Positions 18,481 through 27,109 of a DNA stretch of 64,000 nucleotides are shown in pieces. Under the pieces are notes generated by a model, which was given only the letters and a program-made list of their open reading frames with translations, was not told where the DNA came from and searched no databases. How positions within the stretch are numbered: the stretch's first letter is position 1; every line of letters begins with the position of its first letter. The position numbers and the translations under genes were made by a program. Origin of the DNA: Spirochaetia bacterium. GTDB lineage: Bacteria > Spirochaetota > Spirochaetia > SZUA-6 > Bin103. The stretch spans positions 704,001 through 768,000 of the forward strand of contig CBDBOV010000003.1 in NCBI GenBank assembly GCA_965208575.1, read 5' to 3'.

Positions 18481-18720
18481 GTGAAGACGGCGACTATCCA
18501 TCAGGCGAAGACCCACCTCTCGCGGCTGTTGAAGGAGGTGCAGGCGGGCGAAACCATCGTGATATTGAATGGCTCGACGCCGGTTGCCAGGTTGATCGCC
18601 TTCGAACGTGACGTGAGGCGGCGCCCGCGAGTGGGAACGCGCACCTCCGCGCCGGTGCGGTACTCCGACGACGCATTCCGCCCGCTCAGCGATGAGGATC
18701 TGCGGGAGTGGGGCCTCTGA
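18481..18720 (+). CDS. Phd/YefM-family antitoxin 2
   Basis: TIHQAKTHLSRLLKEVQAGETIVILNGSTPVARL. Confidence 0.93.
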   Translation: MKTATIHQAKTHLSRLLKEVQAGETIVILNGSTPVARLIAFERDVRRRPRVGTRTSAPVRYSDDAFRPLSDEDLREWGL

Positions 18721-19106
18721 GCCGCTATCTGCTCGACACCTGCACGTTGATCTGGTTGACGACGGAGCCGGAGCGCTTGTCGCCCGCGGCGCGGCAGGCG
18801 ATTGACCGGGCCGATTCCGCGGTGCTGTTCAGCGACGTGTCGGCGTTGGAGATTACGCTCAAGTGGACGGCCGGCAAGATCGTCCTGCCGGATCCGCCGC
18901 GGCAGTGGATTGAATGGCAGGTCGCGCAATGGGATCTCGATTGCCTGAGCCTGACCCGGGACGACATCTACCGCGCCTCCGAGTTGCCCCTGCACCACCG
19001 CGATCCGTTCGACCGCCTGCTGGTCGCCGTGGCCCTCGGCGCCGGCGCGGCGATCCTGACCCCGGACGATGCAATTCACGACTACCCGGTAAGCTACCGG
19101 TGGTGA
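18717..19106 (+). CDS. vapC: VapC/PIN-domain toxin 2 (CTG 18717 or GTG 18708 start)
   Basis: YLLDTCTLIW...SDVSALEI...LPLHHRDPFDRLLVA...ILTPD. Confidence 0.92.
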   Translation: MSRYLLDTCTLIWLTTEPERLSPAARQAIDRADSAVLFSDVSALEITLKWTAGKIVLPDPPRQWIEWQVAQWDLDCLSLTRDDIYRASELPLHHRDPFDRLLVAVALGAGAAILTPDDAIHDYPVSYRW

Positions 19107-19145
19107 GCGGGGCACCCACCCCGCCCGGCCAGATCGTTCCGGTCC

Positions 19146-19360
19146 GGCGGCGAAGCCGTAGCCGTCGAGCGGCTTGTTCTCCGCGTCGCGTACCTCTACC
19201 CGGATGCTGCCGTAAGTGCCGTCGTCGCCCGAGTGGTGGCCCGTGATGTCGCGCCGCGGGTCGGCACCAGCAGCTCGCCGCCCGGCCAGGTGACCGGCCT
19301 GGTCCGGAGCGCGCCGGGCTGTTCGCCCGCGTACAGGGAACAAAAGCCGGGTCCTCCGTC
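19146..19360 (-). pseudogene. Frameshifted near-C-terminal fragment of a glycosidase-like (beta-propeller family) protein
   Basis: GFCSLYAGEQPGALRTRPVTWPGGELLV / DPRRDITGH...GSIRVEVRDAENKPLDGYGF; this segment normally precedes the 14686-14829 type of tail. Confidence 0.6.
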
Positions 19361-19383
19361 AGACGGCTCAGTGCCACCGGCGG

Positions 19384-20340
19384 TCAGGTTTCCTCACGAG
19401 GCGGGCCGTAGTGGGGGATGCCGTAGAGCGCCTTGCGGCGGCGCACGAACTCGCGGTCGCGGACCTGCGCGGCTTCCCCGATGCGGTCAGGGTCGTGGAA
19501 CCATGGGCGGCGCTCGGCCATGCGCGCCTGGATCCGGGCGCGCACCTCTTCGCTCGGTTCCGGCAGCGGGTTGCGGCGGGCCGCGGGGTCGTCCGGCCAG
19601 CGCCAGGAGCCGGAGAGGTCGTAGTGGGCGAATGGGCCCTGGAACGGCATGCGGAACCCGATGGTGCTCTTCACGCCGAGCTCGATATCCTCGGCGGTGG
19701 CCACTCCCTCGGCCCACAGGCGCAACGCCTCGCGCGACAGGGCCGCCGTCAGGCGGTTGATCAGGTAGCCGGGCAGCTCGCGCCGAACCGGAATCGGTAT
19801 CCGCCCGGTGCGCCGCATCAGCTCGCAGATGATCTCGTAGGTTTCGTCGCTGGTGGCGGGCCCCCTCGCCACCTCGACGCCGGGCACGATGTGGGGCGGC
19901 ACGAAGTAGTGGGTCAGCCCGGTGCGGTCCTTGCGCTCGAAGTGCACGGCGATGTCGCTGAGCACCAGGCCGGAGGTGTTGCTGACCACGATGCAGCCGG
20001 GTTTGCACAGCCGGCCCAGGGCGCCGAACAGCTCCTGCTTGTCGGCCAGCCGCTCCACGATCGCCTCGGTAATGAAATCGCTGTGCGCGGCCAGCCGTTC
20101 GAGGTCGGTGGTGGTGGTGATCCGGGTGATCGCCCCGTCGGCCTGCTGCCTGGTGACCAGACCCTCCTCGACGAACAGCTCCAGTGCCGCCTGCACGTTG
20201 GCGAGCGTCCGCTCCAGCAATTCGTCGGTCAGGTCGTAGACCACCGTCGCGTAGCCGGCCAGTGCGAAGTTGGCGGCGATGCCGAACCCCATGGTCCCGC
20301 CCCCGGCAACGCCCACGCGCCGTATGTCCTCTGTCTGCAC
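19384..20340 (-). CDS. 3-hydroxyacyl-CoA dehydrogenase family protein
   Basis: VGVAGGGTMGFGIA, EAIVERLADKQ, SNTSG, THYFVPPH, PGYLINRL; GTG after GAGGAG. Confidence 0.9.
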   Translation of the reverse strand: MQTEDIRRVGVAGGGTMGFGIAANFALAGYATVVYDLTDELLERTLANVQAALELFVEEGLVTRQQADGAITRITTTTDLERLAAHSDFITEAIVERLADKQELFGALGRLCKPGCIVVSNTSGLVLSDIAVHFERKDRTGLTHYFVPPHIVPGVEVARGPATSDETYEIICELMRRTGRIPIPVRRELPGYLINRLTAALSREALRLWAEGVATAEDIELGVKSTIGFRMPFQGPFAHYDLSGSWRWPDDPAARRNPLPEPSEEVRARIQARMAERRPWFHDPDRIGEAAQVRDREFVRRRKALYGIPHYGPPREET

Positions 20341-20475
20341 GCTGTGCTCCTCAACTGCCACCGTACCGCAAGTGGCCCCCGGTGTCGCGGCCCCGCGGCG
20401 ATCCCGGAGGCCGTGGCAAGCAGACGAGCGCCGCGGCTTGACGTTCTCGGTGCAGGGGTGTTTGCTCACGCCGTC

Positions 20476-21306
20476 ATGTCAGGTGCGGTCAAGGACGAAC
20501 GGGTGCGGCGCTTCCATCCGCTCGGAGTGCCGGATCCGAGGGTACTGAGCGCGGCTCAGGTCAGGCAGTTCAACGAGTTGGGCTACCTGTTTCCGCTGCC
20601 GGTGTTCGATGCGCCGGAGGTGGCGGCGCTGCGCGGTTACTGCGACGACCTGTTCGCCAGGGCGGTGGCCGCCGGCCACGGCAGCTACGACATCAACGGC
20701 TGGCACTGCCACTGCGCCGGCCTCTACGACCTGTGCACGGAGGCGCGCATCCTGGACCCGGTGCAGGACCTGCTCGGCGAGGACCTGGTCATGTGGGGCA
20801 CGCACTTCTTTCTCAAGGAGGCGGGCGACGCCAGGCGCGTGAGCTGGCACCAGGACGCCTCCTACTGGCCGCTGTCCCCGAGCAAGACGGTCACCGTGTG
20901 GCTGGCGATCGACGACGCCGACGCCGGCAACGGCGCCATGCGGGTGATTCCGCGTTCGCACGTGAACGCCCAGCTCGCTTACCGGCACAGCACCGAGGCA
21001 GAGAACAACGTGCTGTCGCAGACCACCCTGGCGGCGGAGGAACAGGGCGACCCGCCGGTGACCATCGCGCTGCGCGCCGGCCAGATGTCGCTGCACACCG
21101 ACTGGCTCATCCACGGCTCGGACCCCAACCGCTCCGCGCGCCGCCGCTGCGGCCTGACCTTGCGCTTCACCTCTGCCGACGTGCGCGCCCTGGACCCGAG
21201 CTGGGCCTCCCGCAGCATCATCTGCCGCGGGCGTGACGCCGCCGGCCACTGGGCCGACATTCCCCGCCCCGCCGGCGAACGCATCCCGGCGCCGCGCCGC
21301 CGTTAA
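20476..21306 (+). CDS. Phytanoyl-CoA dioxygenase (PhyH) family, Fe(II)/2OG
   Basis: VSWHQDASYWP, VTVWLAIDDA...NGAMRVIPRSH, IHGSDPNRS..RRCG. Confidence 0.92.
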   Translation: MSGAVKDERVRRFHPLGVPDPRVLSAAQVRQFNELGYLFPLPVFDAPEVAALRGYCDDLFARAVAAGHGSYDINGWHCHCAGLYDLCTEARILDPVQDLLGEDLVMWGTHFFLKEAGDARRVSWHQDASYWPLSPSKTVTVWLAIDDADAGNGAMRVIPRSHVNAQLAYRHSTEAENNVLSQTTLAAEEQGDPPVTIALRAGQMSLHTDWLIHGSDPNRSARRRCGLTLRFTSADVRALDPSWASRSIICRGRDAAGHWADIPRPAGERIPAPRRR

Positions 21307-21382
21307 CCGCCGACCGCCGAGCAGATGTCCGGCCACCGTGGTAGAGTGAACTGCCGCCAGCCGGCGGTGAAGGGGACCACGC

Positions 21383-22387
21383 ATGAAGTTCGGAGTACAA
21401 GTGAACTGTTACGGGACCAGTTGGGACCGGATCCGCGCGTCGATCGAGGCGATGGAGAAGGGGCCGTGGGACAGCCTCTGGTTTGCGGACCATCTTCTCC
21501 CACCGGTCTCGGACGACAAGGTGAAGCCCAACCTGGAACGGGAGCAGGGCACGGCGTTCGAGGGCTACACGCTGATCGCGGTGGCCGCCGGCATGACCCG
21601 CAAGCTGCGGCTCGGCCACCTGGTGCTCGGCAACCCGTACCGCAATCCCGGGCTGCTGGCGAAGATGGCGGCGACCCTCGACCAGGCCTCCGAGGGGCGC
21701 TTCACCCTGTCGCTCGGCGCCGGCTGGTTCGACCGCGAGCACGTCGCCTACGGGTGGGGCACGTTCCCGACCATGCGGGAGCTGTCGGACCGCCTGGAGG
21801 AGTCGTGCGGCCTGATCCGCAGGCTGTTCACCGCCGACGGGCCGGTTACCCACCACGGCCGCTATTACCGTCTCGAGCAGGCCCCGCTGTCGCCGGGCTG
21901 CTACCAGGAGCCGCACGTGCCGATCCTGGTCGGCGGCACCGGCGAGCAGCGGACGCTGCGCACGCTGGCCAAGTACGGCGACATCATGAACTACGACGGC
22001 TGGGCCGGGCGCGGCATGTCGATCGAGGTGTTCCGGCACAAGGTCAGCGTGCTGGAGCGCCACTGCGAAGCCGTTGGGCGTGACCCGGCGGAGATCAAGC
22101 GCTCGCTGCTGATGCCGCTGGTGATCACCGACGACCCGGCGGCCGTCGAGCGGTCCATGCAGTTCTTCGGCCGGCGCGCCAACACCCGCTACGGCAACTA
22201 CGCCGGCCGCTTGATGGAGGCACAGGACGTCGAGGCCGCGGTCGGGTCGCTGAACGAGGTGATCGACCTGATCGGCAGGTTCGCCGACGAGGGAGTCGAC
22301 GAGATCATGTTCGGCGCCATTCCGACCGGCGACGTGGAGGCGCTGCAGCGGGTCGAGCAGGACGTCGTCGCGGTATTCTCCGGTTAA
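21383..22387 (+). CDS. LLM-class flavin-dependent oxidoreductase
   Basis: SLWFADHL, LGHLVLGNPYRNPGLLAKMAATLD, LGAGW, PILVGGTGE. Confidence 0.93.
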   Translation: MKFGVQVNCYGTSWDRIRASIEAMEKGPWDSLWFADHLLPPVSDDKVKPNLEREQGTAFEGYTLIAVAAGMTRKLRLGHLVLGNPYRNPGLLAKMAATLDQASEGRFTLSLGAGWFDREHVAYGWGTFPTMRELSDRLEESCGLIRRLFTADGPVTHHGRYYRLEQAPLSPGCYQEPHVPILVGGTGEQRTLRTLAKYGDIMNYDGWAGRGMSIEVFRHKVSVLERHCEAVGRDPAEIKRSLLMPLVITDDPAAVERSMQFFGRRANTRYGNYAGRLMEAQDVEAAVGSLNEVIDLIGRFADEGVDEIMFGAIPTGDVEALQRVEQDVVAVFSG

Positions 22388-22412
22388 CCCTTACCACGAC
22401 GGCTGCTTGGGG

Positions 22413-23294
22413 TTACCGGTCGCTGCCCCTGAGCCGGGGGTCGAGCAGGTCGCGCAGGGCGTCGCCGAACATGTTGAGGCTGTACACGACCAGCGTCAGG
22501 CACAGGCCCGGCCACAGCGCCAGGCGCGGCGCCGCCTCCATGTAGGTGCGCCCCTCGCGGCTCAGCATGCCACCCCAGTCGGGGACGTCGGGGGGCAGGC
22601 CGAAGCCGAGGAAGCTGAGCGACGCCGCGCTCAGGATGTAGCCGCCGATGCTGATGCTGAAGATGATGATCACCGGCGGCGCGATGTTGGGCAGCACGTG
22701 GCGGGTCAGCATGCGCCACGTGGTGGAGCCGATCGCGTCTCCCGCCTCGAAGTAGACGTTCTCCTTGATGCCGATCACGGCCGACCGCACCACCCGTGAG
22801 CCGCTGCCGATGCCGCCCGAGATGCCGAGCACCAGGATGATCTGCAGCACGCCGCGGCCCAGGACCGACATCAGGGTGAGCAGCAGGAGCAGTCCCGGAA
22901 AGGCGATCCACGCATCCACGAACCGCTGCACCACCAGGTCCAGCTTGCCGCCCAGGAATCCGGTGACGCCGCCCACCAGGACCGCCACCACGACGCTGAT
23001 GGTGGTGGCCGCCAGGCCGACCAGCAGCGACACCCGGGCGCCGTGGATGATGCGGCTCAGGAAGTCCCGTCCCACGTTGTCGGTGCCCAGCAGGTGGCGC
23101 GCCGACGGCGGTTCCAGGATCTCCATCAGGTAAATCTCGTCGTACGGATAGGGCGCCAGCACGTCGGCAAACACCGCGACCACGATCAGTGCCAGCACAA
23201 CTACCCCGCAGGCGGTGCCGAGCGGCTTGGTCCTGACCATCCTGACCAGGAGATCGACCAGCCAGTGACGCTGCGCGTTCGCCGATTTCGCCAT
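22413..23294 (-). CDS. ABC permease, DppC/OppC-like
   Basis: HLLGTDNVGRDFLSR, ASLSFLGFG, FGDALRDLLDPR. Confidence 0.94.
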   Translation of the reverse strand: MAKSANAQRHWLVDLLVRMVRTKPLGTACGVVVLALIVVAVFADVLAPYPYDEIYLMEILEPPSARHLLGTDNVGRDFLSRIIHGARVSLLVGLAATTISVVVAVLVGGVTGFLGGKLDLVVQRFVDAWIAFPGLLLLLTLMSVLGRGVLQIILVLGISGGIGSGSRVVRSAVIGIKENVYFEAGDAIGSTTWRMLTRHVLPNIAPPVIIIFSISIGGYILSAASLSFLGFGLPPDVPDWGGMLSREGRTYMEAAPRLALWPGLCLTLVVYSLNMFGDALRDLLDPRLRGSDR

Positions 23295-23303
23295 GCGCAC
23301 CCC

Positions 23304-24263
23304 CTATTGGTAGCGGACCCGCGGGTCCAGGTAGGGATAGGCCAGGTCGATCAACAGGTTCACCCCCAGCACTACCGCGCCGAAGCACAGGTTCACTCCC
23401 ATCACGACCGGGTAGTCGCGGTCGGTCAGGGCGGTCAGCAGCACCCGCCCCAACCCCGGCAGCACGAAGATGTTCTCCATGATCACCGAGCCGCCCACCA
23501 GGAGGGGAAGCTGCAGGCCGACCAGGGTCACCACCGGGATGAACGCGTTCTTCATCGCGTGCCGGACCACGACCAGGCGCTCGCTCAGGCCCTTGGCCCA
23601 GGCGGTGCGGACGTAGTCCTGGCGCAGCACCTCCAGCATCATGGTACGCGTCATGCGCATGGTGCTGGCCGCCATCGCGGTGCCGAGAATGAAGCTCGGC
23701 GCCAGGAACATGCCGAGGTTGCCGAGCGGGTCGTCGGTGAACCGGATCAGCTCGATCGACGGCGACCAGCCCCACCAGATCACCGGGTAAAGCATCACCA
23801 TCACCCCGAGCCAGAAGTTGGGCATGGCCAGGCCGATCACGGCGACCGTCCGGCCGGCATAGTCGCCAACCGTGTCCTGCCGAATCGCCGAGTAGACGCC
23901 CACCGGCAGCGCGATCAGCAGCCCGATCACGATCGCCAGGAAGCCGAGCTCCAGCGTTACCGGCAGGCGCTCGAGGATCTTGCCCTCGATCGCCTCGCCG
24001 CCCCACAGCGACTCGCCGAGCGTGCCGCGCAGGACGATGCCGCCGATCCAGCGCCCGTACTGCACGTAGGCGGGCCGGTCCAGTCCGAGCATGTGCTCGA
24101 GCGCCGCCCGGTCCACGTTGACCGCGCCGATCCAGCCGGCCTTGTCCAGCATGACGTCGATCGCGTCGCCGGGCAGGAAGCGCACCGAGAGAAAGACCAG
24201 GACGCTCAGGATGAACAGCGTGGGGATGACCAGCAGCACCCGCCGGATGACGTACGCTCTCAT
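23304..24263 (-). CDS. ABC permease, DppB/OppB-like
   Basis: RTMMLEVLRQDYVRTAWAKGL, YLDPRVRYQ. Confidence 0.95.
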   Translation of the reverse strand: MRAYVIRRVLLVIPTLFILSVLVFLSVRFLPGDAIDVMLDKAGWIGAVNVDRAALEHMLGLDRPAYVQYGRWIGGIVLRGTLGESLWGGEAIEGKILERLPVTLELGFLAIVIGLLIALPVGVYSAIRQDTVGDYAGRTVAVIGLAMPNFWLGVMVMLYPVIWWGWSPSIELIRFTDDPLGNLGMFLAPSFILGTAMAASTMRMTRTMMLEVLRQDYVRTAWAKGLSERLVVVRHAMKNAFIPVVTLVGLQLPLLVGGSVIMENIFVLPGLGRVLLTALTDRDYPVVMGVNLCFGAVVLGVNLLIDLAYPYLDPRVRYQ

Positions 24264-24278
24264 GTGACGCCGGCAAAG

Positions 24279-24310
24279 CCCACCCGCCCGGATGGCGCCG
24301 AGCGGGTGGG
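24279..24310 (-). terminator. Intergenic stem-loop between SBP3 and permease
   Basis: cccacccgc...gcgggtggg inverted repeat. Confidence 0.55.
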
Positions 24311-24330
24311 ACTCAGGCCTTCGAGCAGTT

Positions 24331-26145
24331 CTAGGGCCCCATCTCCTCCTTGGTCGCGTGGTCGATCCACAGGCGCGCGAAGATCGTGTAGCTGTCCACG
24401 TCGCCCAGGTTGTTTTCGCCGTTGTAGCCGACGATCCACGGCTGCGTCACCGCAACCTGCGGCATGATCGGACCCCACAGGTACAGGTGATTCTCGATCA
24501 GGTAGCGATCCGCCTCCAGGATCAACTGCCGCTCCTCCTCCACCGTCGTCGCCGCGCCCACGGCGGCGATCATCGCGTCGTACTCCGGCACGCTGTGTCC
24601 GGTGGCGTTGTTGTACGCACCCGTGGCCTGCCAGCCGATGGTGGTAACGGGAAGCGGCCGGTTCCAGCCGGTGATGAACCAGATCATCCCTTCGTAGTCG
24701 GCGCCCTGGATCATCGGCCCGAATGCCGCGCCATCCACGACTTGGAGTTCCACGTCGACGCCAATCGCATCCCAGAACTGGAGCATAATCGCGACAAAGC
24801 CCTGGTCGGTTGCCGCTGGGGAAGGATGGGCGTTGAATACGGTCTTGAGCCTGACGCCGTCGGCGCCGCGCGGATATCCGGCTTCGTCGAGCAACGCCTC
24901 CGCACCTTCCGGGTCATAACTGTAGTATCCCCTGATCTCGTCGGACCACTCCGCAACCGGTAACGCGTAGCCGGTGTTGGCGATGCCGACCACGCCGCGC
25001 GGTGTGGGATCCGCGTAGCCCTTGAAGTAGGTGTCCGCCACCGTCTCCAGGTCCAGGGCCATCTGCATTGCCCGGCGCACGCGAACGTCGTCGAACGGCG
25101 GCGCCTTCACGTTGAAGGCGGCCGAATTCTGGCTGCGATTCTGGTACGAATACTGTTTGAGTTCCGGGTTGGTGCGCGCCAGGCCCTCGGTCGCGGGGCC
25201 GGGTGAGAGCGCATACGCGGCGGGACCACCGAGTACGTCGAGCTGGCCCGAGCGCAGCGCCGCCAGGCGCGTCGATTCGTCCGGCATGATCAGGGCCCTG
25301 AACTCGTCGGCGTAGGGCAGCCGGTTGTCCGGAAACTTCTCGTCGTAACCCCAGTAGTCGGGGTGCTTGGTATAGGTAAAGGAAACGTCTGCCACCCGCT
25401 CGGTGAACATGAACGGCCCGGTGCCTATCAGCTTGTTCCAATCCTTGGCGTCGCCGTCCTGCCTGATCACTTCGGGCGGGTACTGATTGCCGTAGATGTC
25501 GCCGACGATGTGGTACAGCGCGGCGAGCATCGGTTCCTGCAACGTGAACACGACCGTGTGGCTGTCGGTTGCCGTGATCGATTCGACCGGCAGCGTGCCG
25601 AGCACGCTGATCACCGGGCTCGGTCCATCGGCGGCAAACTCGCCCAGCCCCAGGTTGCGGTTGAAGTTGAACACGACGTCGTCGGCGACCAGCTCGCGGC
25701 CGTTCACCGGTTCCTTGTCGTGCCACTTCACCCCCTTGCGGATGTTGAGCACAATCGTGGTGGCGTCGGGCTGTTCCCAGCTCTCGGCCAGCTTGCCGGT
25801 GTATTGCGGGAGATTCGGAATGGCGCCGGCGAAGGCGAATTCGTCTCTCGGCAGTCCCCAGTCACCGCCGCCCATTCTCTCCAGGACGATCTTGGTGGGA
25901 TGGATGACAGAGCGGAAGTGCCACATGTCGGCATGCTCGGTCTGCCAGCCGGGGTGGAACAGGCTGGTGATGGTGCCGCCGTACTCCGGCGCGCTGATCA
26001 TTTCGCCGGTGGTGGGGTCGAGCACCATCTCCTTCTCCATCGCCGCGGCCGGCGCCTCCTCGCTGGCCGGGCTCGCCCACAGGCCGGTCGCGGCCAGGAC
26101 CAACCCGAGCAGTGCCGCAACCGGCAATCTGCAGTTTCGTATCAT
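24331..26145 (-). CDS. ABC transporter substrate-binding protein, family 5 (SBP3)
   Basis: AATGLWAS signal, WHDKEPVNGRELVADD, IGTGPF, LLDEAGYPRGADGVR; SD GGAGG. Confidence 0.94.
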   Translation of the reverse strand: MIRNCRLPVAALLGLVLAATGLWASPASEEAPAAAMEKEMVLDPTTGEMISAPEYGGTITSLFHPGWQTEHADMWHFRSVIHPTKIVLERMGGGDWGLPRDEFAFAGAIPNLPQYTGKLAESWEQPDATTIVLNIRKGVKWHDKEPVNGRELVADDVVFNFNRNLGLGEFAADGPSPVISVLGTLPVESITATDSHTVVFTLQEPMLAALYHIVGDIYGNQYPPEVIRQDGDAKDWNKLIGTGPFMFTERVADVSFTYTKHPDYWGYDEKFPDNRLPYADEFRALIMPDESTRLAALRSGQLDVLGGPAAYALSPGPATEGLARTNPELKQYSYQNRSQNSAAFNVKAPPFDDVRVRRAMQMALDLETVADTYFKGYADPTPRGVVGIANTGYALPVAEWSDEIRGYYSYDPEGAEALLDEAGYPRGADGVRLKTVFNAHPSPAATDQGFVAIMLQFWDAIGVDVELQVVDGAAFGPMIQGADYEGMIWFITGWNRPLPVTTIGWQATGAYNNATGHSVPEYDAMIAAVGAATTVEEERQLILEADRYLIENHLYLWGPIMPQVAVTQPWIVGYNGENNLGDVDSYTIFARLWIDHATKEEMGP

Positions 26146-26457
26146 TTGGTTTCCTCCGAAACCTTGTTTCTGTTGAGAGTGCTGATTCAGTACCGCCCGG
26201 CATTCACTCTCACGCTACGCCGGCAATCGCTGGTGACCAGAAATCAAGATGCGGTACCCTCGGTCCCGAGTGATCGAGCATTGCGCGGCGCCGGCGGGCG
26301 GACCGCGGGCGAGGTCGATACGGCCGCGGCGCGGCGTTACGGCCGGCGGACGACGCGAACTGCGCACGCGTCCCACTGACGTTGGTTGGTGGCAGGGGAG
26401 GCTGGCGTGGTTTCGCATCATCCGCATGCGCGTAATTCCCGTACCGGGAATCTCACC

Positions 26458-26486
26458 ACGCTAGCACACGTCCGGCCCGCCGTCAA
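26458..26486 (-). promoter_or_regulatory. Sigma70 promoter about 310 nt upstream of SBP3
   Basis: TTGACG-N17-TAGCGT with extended TG; shares TGCTAGCGTGG with the 33752-33781 promoter. Confidence 0.6.
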
Positions 26487-26581
26487 ACTCGCGTTCGTGG
26501 CGCTCGCGGCGCTGTCTCGGCGATCGCTGAACGGGTGGACTGGCGCGCGCGATACCGGGATCATCTATCCCGAGGATCAAG

Positions 26582-26833
26582 GTGCCGCTTCTCGACGAGA
26601 CGGAACTCAGGGCATACGCTCGACGCGACTGGGGGGCTCCGGCGCGGCTGGCCCGCAGGGAGCGGGTGCGCCTGCCGGTCGCGCGCAAGGTGCAACTCGC
26701 GGTCGAGCTCTATGAGGCCGTGCGGGCTACCCGGCCCGGCTGGCCGGACGAGGAGACTCGCCGGTCCGACCTCGCCAACCATCAACGAGTACGCGCGCTC
26801 CTGGACCGCGCGTCCCATGTCGGCCGTCGCTGA
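26582..26833 (+). CDS. Small helical protein, probable antitoxin-like partner of a nucleotidyltransferase
   Basis: YARRDW...RPGWPDEETRRSDLANHQRV; overlaps the start of the downstream NTase-like gene. Confidence 0.6.
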   Translation: MPLLDETELRAYARRDWGAPARLARRERVRLPVARKVQLAVELYEAVRATRPGWPDEETRRSDLANHQRVRALLDRASHVGRR

Positions 26834-27095
26834 CACCCTGCGAGTACTCGTCCGCGCCACCCGCGTGGCGATCGACGGTGTGGAGGTGCCGGTTGCCCAT
26901 GCCACTGACCTCGTCGTCATGAAGGTGCTTGCCGGTCGCGGCAAGGACCTGGACGACCTGCGCTCGTTGCTGGCCAGTGGCGATGTGGATCAGGACGAGG
27001 CCCGCAACCTGCTTGGCCAGTTGGAGCGCGCGCTCGCGCAATCGGACCTCCTGCCCCGACTGGAAGAGGCGATCGCCGAACTCGACGGCGATTGA
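26817..27095 (+). pseudogene. Nucleotidyltransferase (AbiEii/AbiGii-like) with in-frame internal deletion
   Basis: N-terminal helix MSAVADTLRVLVRA joined directly to the C-terminal VEVPVAHATDLVVMKVLAGRGKDLDD; the G-x-A...R-x-T-x-D-x-D core is absent. Confidence 0.7.
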
Positions 27096-27109
27096 TGATT
27101 GCTGCCGCG

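Noticed and set aside
14828-19139. Classical IS/composite transposon or integron array
   Set aside because: No transposase or integrase, no terminal inverted repeats and no attC-like sites recognisable by eye.
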